64,000 nt of DNA, from contig OX597819.1 of NCBI GenBank assembly GCA_951406725.2, positions 118,668,001-118,732,000 of the forward strand. The letters are read 5' to 3'. Shown one piece after another: positions 60,534 through 64,000 of this stretch. A program made the position numbers and the translations under genes. Position 1 is the first letter of the stretch. Every line of letters begins with the position of its first letter. The notes beneath the pieces were generated by a model, which saw only the letters and a list, made by a program, of their open reading frames with translations, searched no databases and was not told where the DNA came from. Source of the DNA: Octopus vulgaris. Its lineage: Eukaryota.

Positions 60534-61356
60534 AGCATGCATTGCAGTCTTACATACACAAAATACACGCAGATAAACATTCATAGAGAATAAAAGAACG
60601 ACGATGAGTGGCCGAGAAATACAACGAGAACATTTGTTTGCATGTAGTTTTATTGCATAGGATATCAACATGGATATCACGCATTACATGCAAATCAATA
60701 AATTACGAATGAAGCAAAGAGAACGAAACACCTACGTTTAATAGGAATCAATGCGAAATTGCTCATTTTCGTTTCGATTTACATATGTGACAAATGCTTA
60801 CTTAAATAGCAGAGCTGTATTTTATTATAAATCGTGTTAGGCACAAGTTCACAATATGTGGTATAGCTGCGGTTTGTCTATGTACATGGCAAAACGGTGT
60901 TAGTTACGTTATATTATATTTGTTGGAGAATAATACAAGCGGCAGAATGTGAATCGAAATGAATAACTGAGAGGTTAATGTGTAAGGATATTAAAACGAA
61001 TTGAAGGAAGATCAAATTCGTTCTTCGAATGGAAATTACAGATATCAATTAGACACACATGGTCGCACTGGGTTTTATAGAAATAAATATATTTCGTTTA
61101 TTTTGAGAGGTGTCATGCTTACACAACTTATACACATACTCACACACAAATACATGTATATGTATATGCATACTTATATACGCATTACTTTTTTCTATCT
61201 ATAAATACAGAGATATGTTTGTATGTGTGTGTGTGTGTGTGTGTATGGTGTGTGTATGTATGCATGCAGTAAGATTTTATATGACAGAAAAAATTGCACT
61301 AGAATAATTGTTTATATAGAGTTGTTGTTATTGGTGTTGCTGTTATTATAGCTATT

Positions 61357-61749
61357 GGAGGCGCAATGGCCCAGTGGTTAGGGCAGCAGACTCGCGGTCA
61401 TAGGATCGCGGTTTCGATTCCCAGAACGGGCGTTGTGAGTGTTTATTGAGCGAAAACACGTAAAGCTTCACGAGGCTCCACGAGGCTCCGGCAGGGATGG
61501 TGGTGATCCCTGCTGTACTCTTTCACCACAACTTTCTCTCACTCTTACTTCCTGTTTCTGTTGTACCTGTATTTCAAAGGGCCGGCCTTGTCACTCTCTG
61601 TATCACGCTGAATATCCCCGAGAACTACGTTAAGGGTACACGTGTCTGTGGAGTACTCAGCCACTTACACGTTAATTTCACGAGCAGGCTGTTCCGTTGA
61701 TTCGGATCAACCGGAACCCTCATCGTGGTAACCGACGGAGTGCTTCCAC
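61357..61749 (+). mobile_element. Full-length tRNA-derived SINE with 11-bp TSD
   Basis: A box tggcccagtgg, B box gtttcgattcc; TSD attatagctat at about 61345 and 61750. Confidence 0.9.
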
Positions 61750-61764
61750 ATTATAGCTATCAAC

Positions 61765-61765
<1 letters not shown>

Positions 61766-61803
<38 letters not shown>

Positions 61804-62047
61804 TTCATCATCATCATCATCATCATCTTCATCATCATTATAATTATTATTATTATAATTATTATTATTATTAATATTATTATTATTATTACTATTATTA
61901 TAATTTTTATAATTATTATCATCATCATTATCATTATTATGATTATTATTATTATTATTATTAATATTATTATTATTATTATTGTTATTATTATTATCAT
62001 TATTATGATTATTATTATTATTATTATTATAATTATTATTATTATTA

Positions 62048-62096
<49 letters not shown>

Positions 62097-62107
62097 TATT
62101 ATTATTA

Positions 62108-62147
<40 letters not shown>

Positions 62148-62161
62148 TATTATTATTATCA

Positions 62162-62192
<31 letters not shown>

Positions 62193-62209
62193 CATTATTA
62201 TTATTATTA

Positions 62210-62255
<46 letters not shown>

Positions 62256-62275
62256 TATTACTATTATTATTATTA

Positions 62276-62321
<46 letters not shown>

Positions 62322-62375
62322 TATTATTATTATCATCATTATTATTATTATTATTATAATTATTATTATTATTAT
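61766..62375. repeat. Compound (ATC)n/(ATT)n microsatellite of about 600 bp
   Basis: Seen directly. Confidence 0.95.
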
Positions 62376-62759
62376 ATGTCACTATCAATGTTGTTACTCA
62401 ATGATTAAATATTAGTGGAGAAATAAATTGAAACACGAAACTGTTTCGTAATAACATTATAAACGGGATTTACAATCATATATCTTATTAGCAATAACAA
62501 TAATAGTAATAAGAAGAAGAATATCGTTATTATTAATAATGATATAATGATAATAATAATAAGTTAAGTTCAGAAGCCATGAGAGCCGCTGTCTGCTACT
62601 GCATCACGGTATTTATAATAATAATAATAATAAGAAGAAGAAGAAGAAGAAGAAGATGAAGAAGAAGGAGAAGGAGAAGAAGAAGAGGAAGAAGAAGAAA
62701 GAAGAAGAAGAAGAAGAAGAAAAAGAAGAAGAATCACATTCACACACGCATCTCACGTA

Positions 62760-64000
62760 ACAATGATGCCAGATGCAGAGGAAATCAGGGCATTTTGGAA
62801 AGGTATCTGGGACCAACCTGCAGAATATCATGATAAAGCGGAATGTCTAGATGAAATACAAGTTAGGTTAAGAAATATAGAACGGCAAGTAAATATAAAG
62901 ATAACTATAGAAATGATAAAAAAGCAGTTCAACAATGCCCAAATTGGAAAAAGTCGATGGGCTCCAAGGTGATTGGCTGAAAAAGCTGAGAGGGCTCCAT
63001 GAAAAGTTAGCGCAACGGTTAGATAAAGCGGCGAGCTGGCAGAAACGTTAGCACGCCGGGCGAAATGCTTGGCGGTATTTCGTCTGCGTTACGTTGTGAG
63101 TTCAAATTCCGCCGAGGTCGACTTTGCCTTTCATTCTTTCGGGGTCGATAAATTAAGTACCAGTTACGCACTGGAGTCGATGTAATCGACTTAATACCTA
63201 TGTCTGTCCTTGTTTCTTCGCTCTGTGTTTAGCCCCTTGTGGGTAATAAAGAAATAGGTTAGATAAGTGATTGCAGAAAGGTGCAGTACTCAACTGCATG
63301 ACAAAGGGAAATATATTGTTGTGTGACAAGGATACTGAATAGGGAAACGTTGCATCCAACATAACGTGTCTTCCGCCAGTATGGAAACTAATGTCAGGTA
63401 CGTTAGCTGGTGAACTGAATAGATACCTGGCAAAACGTGGGCTGCTACCTCTTGAACAGAAATGGTGACGAAATAGGAGTCGGGGGACGAAGGATCAGAT
63501 TTTAATTGATAATCTAATTATCAGGAACTGCAAGAGAAGACACACAAACCTGAGCTTGGCATGGGCTGATTATTGTGAAGCATACGATATGATATAACAC
63601 TCCTGGATGATAAGAACAATGGGAATGCATGGAGTAGCAGAAAATGTTAGAAGCTCTGTATGGAATAGCATGAAACACTATTGAATGGAATTGACAGCAA
63701 AGAATCAAATATTCGGAGAGGTGAAAATCAATAAAGGTATTTTCCAGGAAGACAGTGTGTCCCCAATGATCTCCGAGGTGGGTATGATCCCCTTAAGTGA
63801 AATACTACACAAAAAAGTTGGGGTATGATTGGGAAAGCGGTAAGGAAAAACTGAACCACTTGCTATTCGTGGACGACCTCAAGCTACTCACAAAAACTGA
63901 GGCAGAACTGAACTGCCTAGTCCAGTCTGTGTTCATTTTCTCCAATGATATTAAGAGGAAGTTTGGATTACCAAAATGTGAAACGATTGTGATGACACGA
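62760..64000 (+). pseudogene. Decayed R4/Dong-clade LINE reverse transcriptase, runs off the window
   Basis: [68 protein letters not shown], with stops and frameshifts. Confidence 0.9.
63027..63256 (+). mobile_element. tRNA-derived SINE nested in the R4/Dong LINE
   Basis: TSD ggttagataa at 63017 and 63257; B box gagttcaaattcc. Confidence 0.9.

Noticed and set aside
61357-61430. Functional tRNA gene
   Set aside because: tRNA-like head runs into a SINE body bounded by a TSD; no proper acceptor stem or terminator.

Overview
AT-rich, microsatellite-saturated animal DNA. The SINE and LINE repertoire looks like an octopus or other coleoid cephalopod (inference from recognised repeats, no search run). 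No host gene exon could be supported; most ORFs in the track are (TA)n/(CA)n artefacts. The window is a mosaic of retroelements and DNA transposons: tRNA-derived SINEs, CR1, RTE and R4/Dong LINE pieces, mariner/Tc1/maT relics, and a 2.1-kb non-LTR element encoding only ORF1. The dominant unexplained structure is a recurring architecture: (TA)n-bounded, tail-outward inverted repeats (arms about 60 bp to 1 kb) built from the 3' ends of several unrelated Penelope-like element (PLE) families. One still carries a C-terminal GIY-YIG endonuclease. Most arms contain type I hammerhead ribozyme (HHR) motifs, several non-canonical: a U3-A8 core, a CUGUNGA core, and 55-nt and 85-nt stem II extensions. One palindrome extends about 110 bp past the element into host flank. 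Coordinates were counted by eye and may be off by a few bases.
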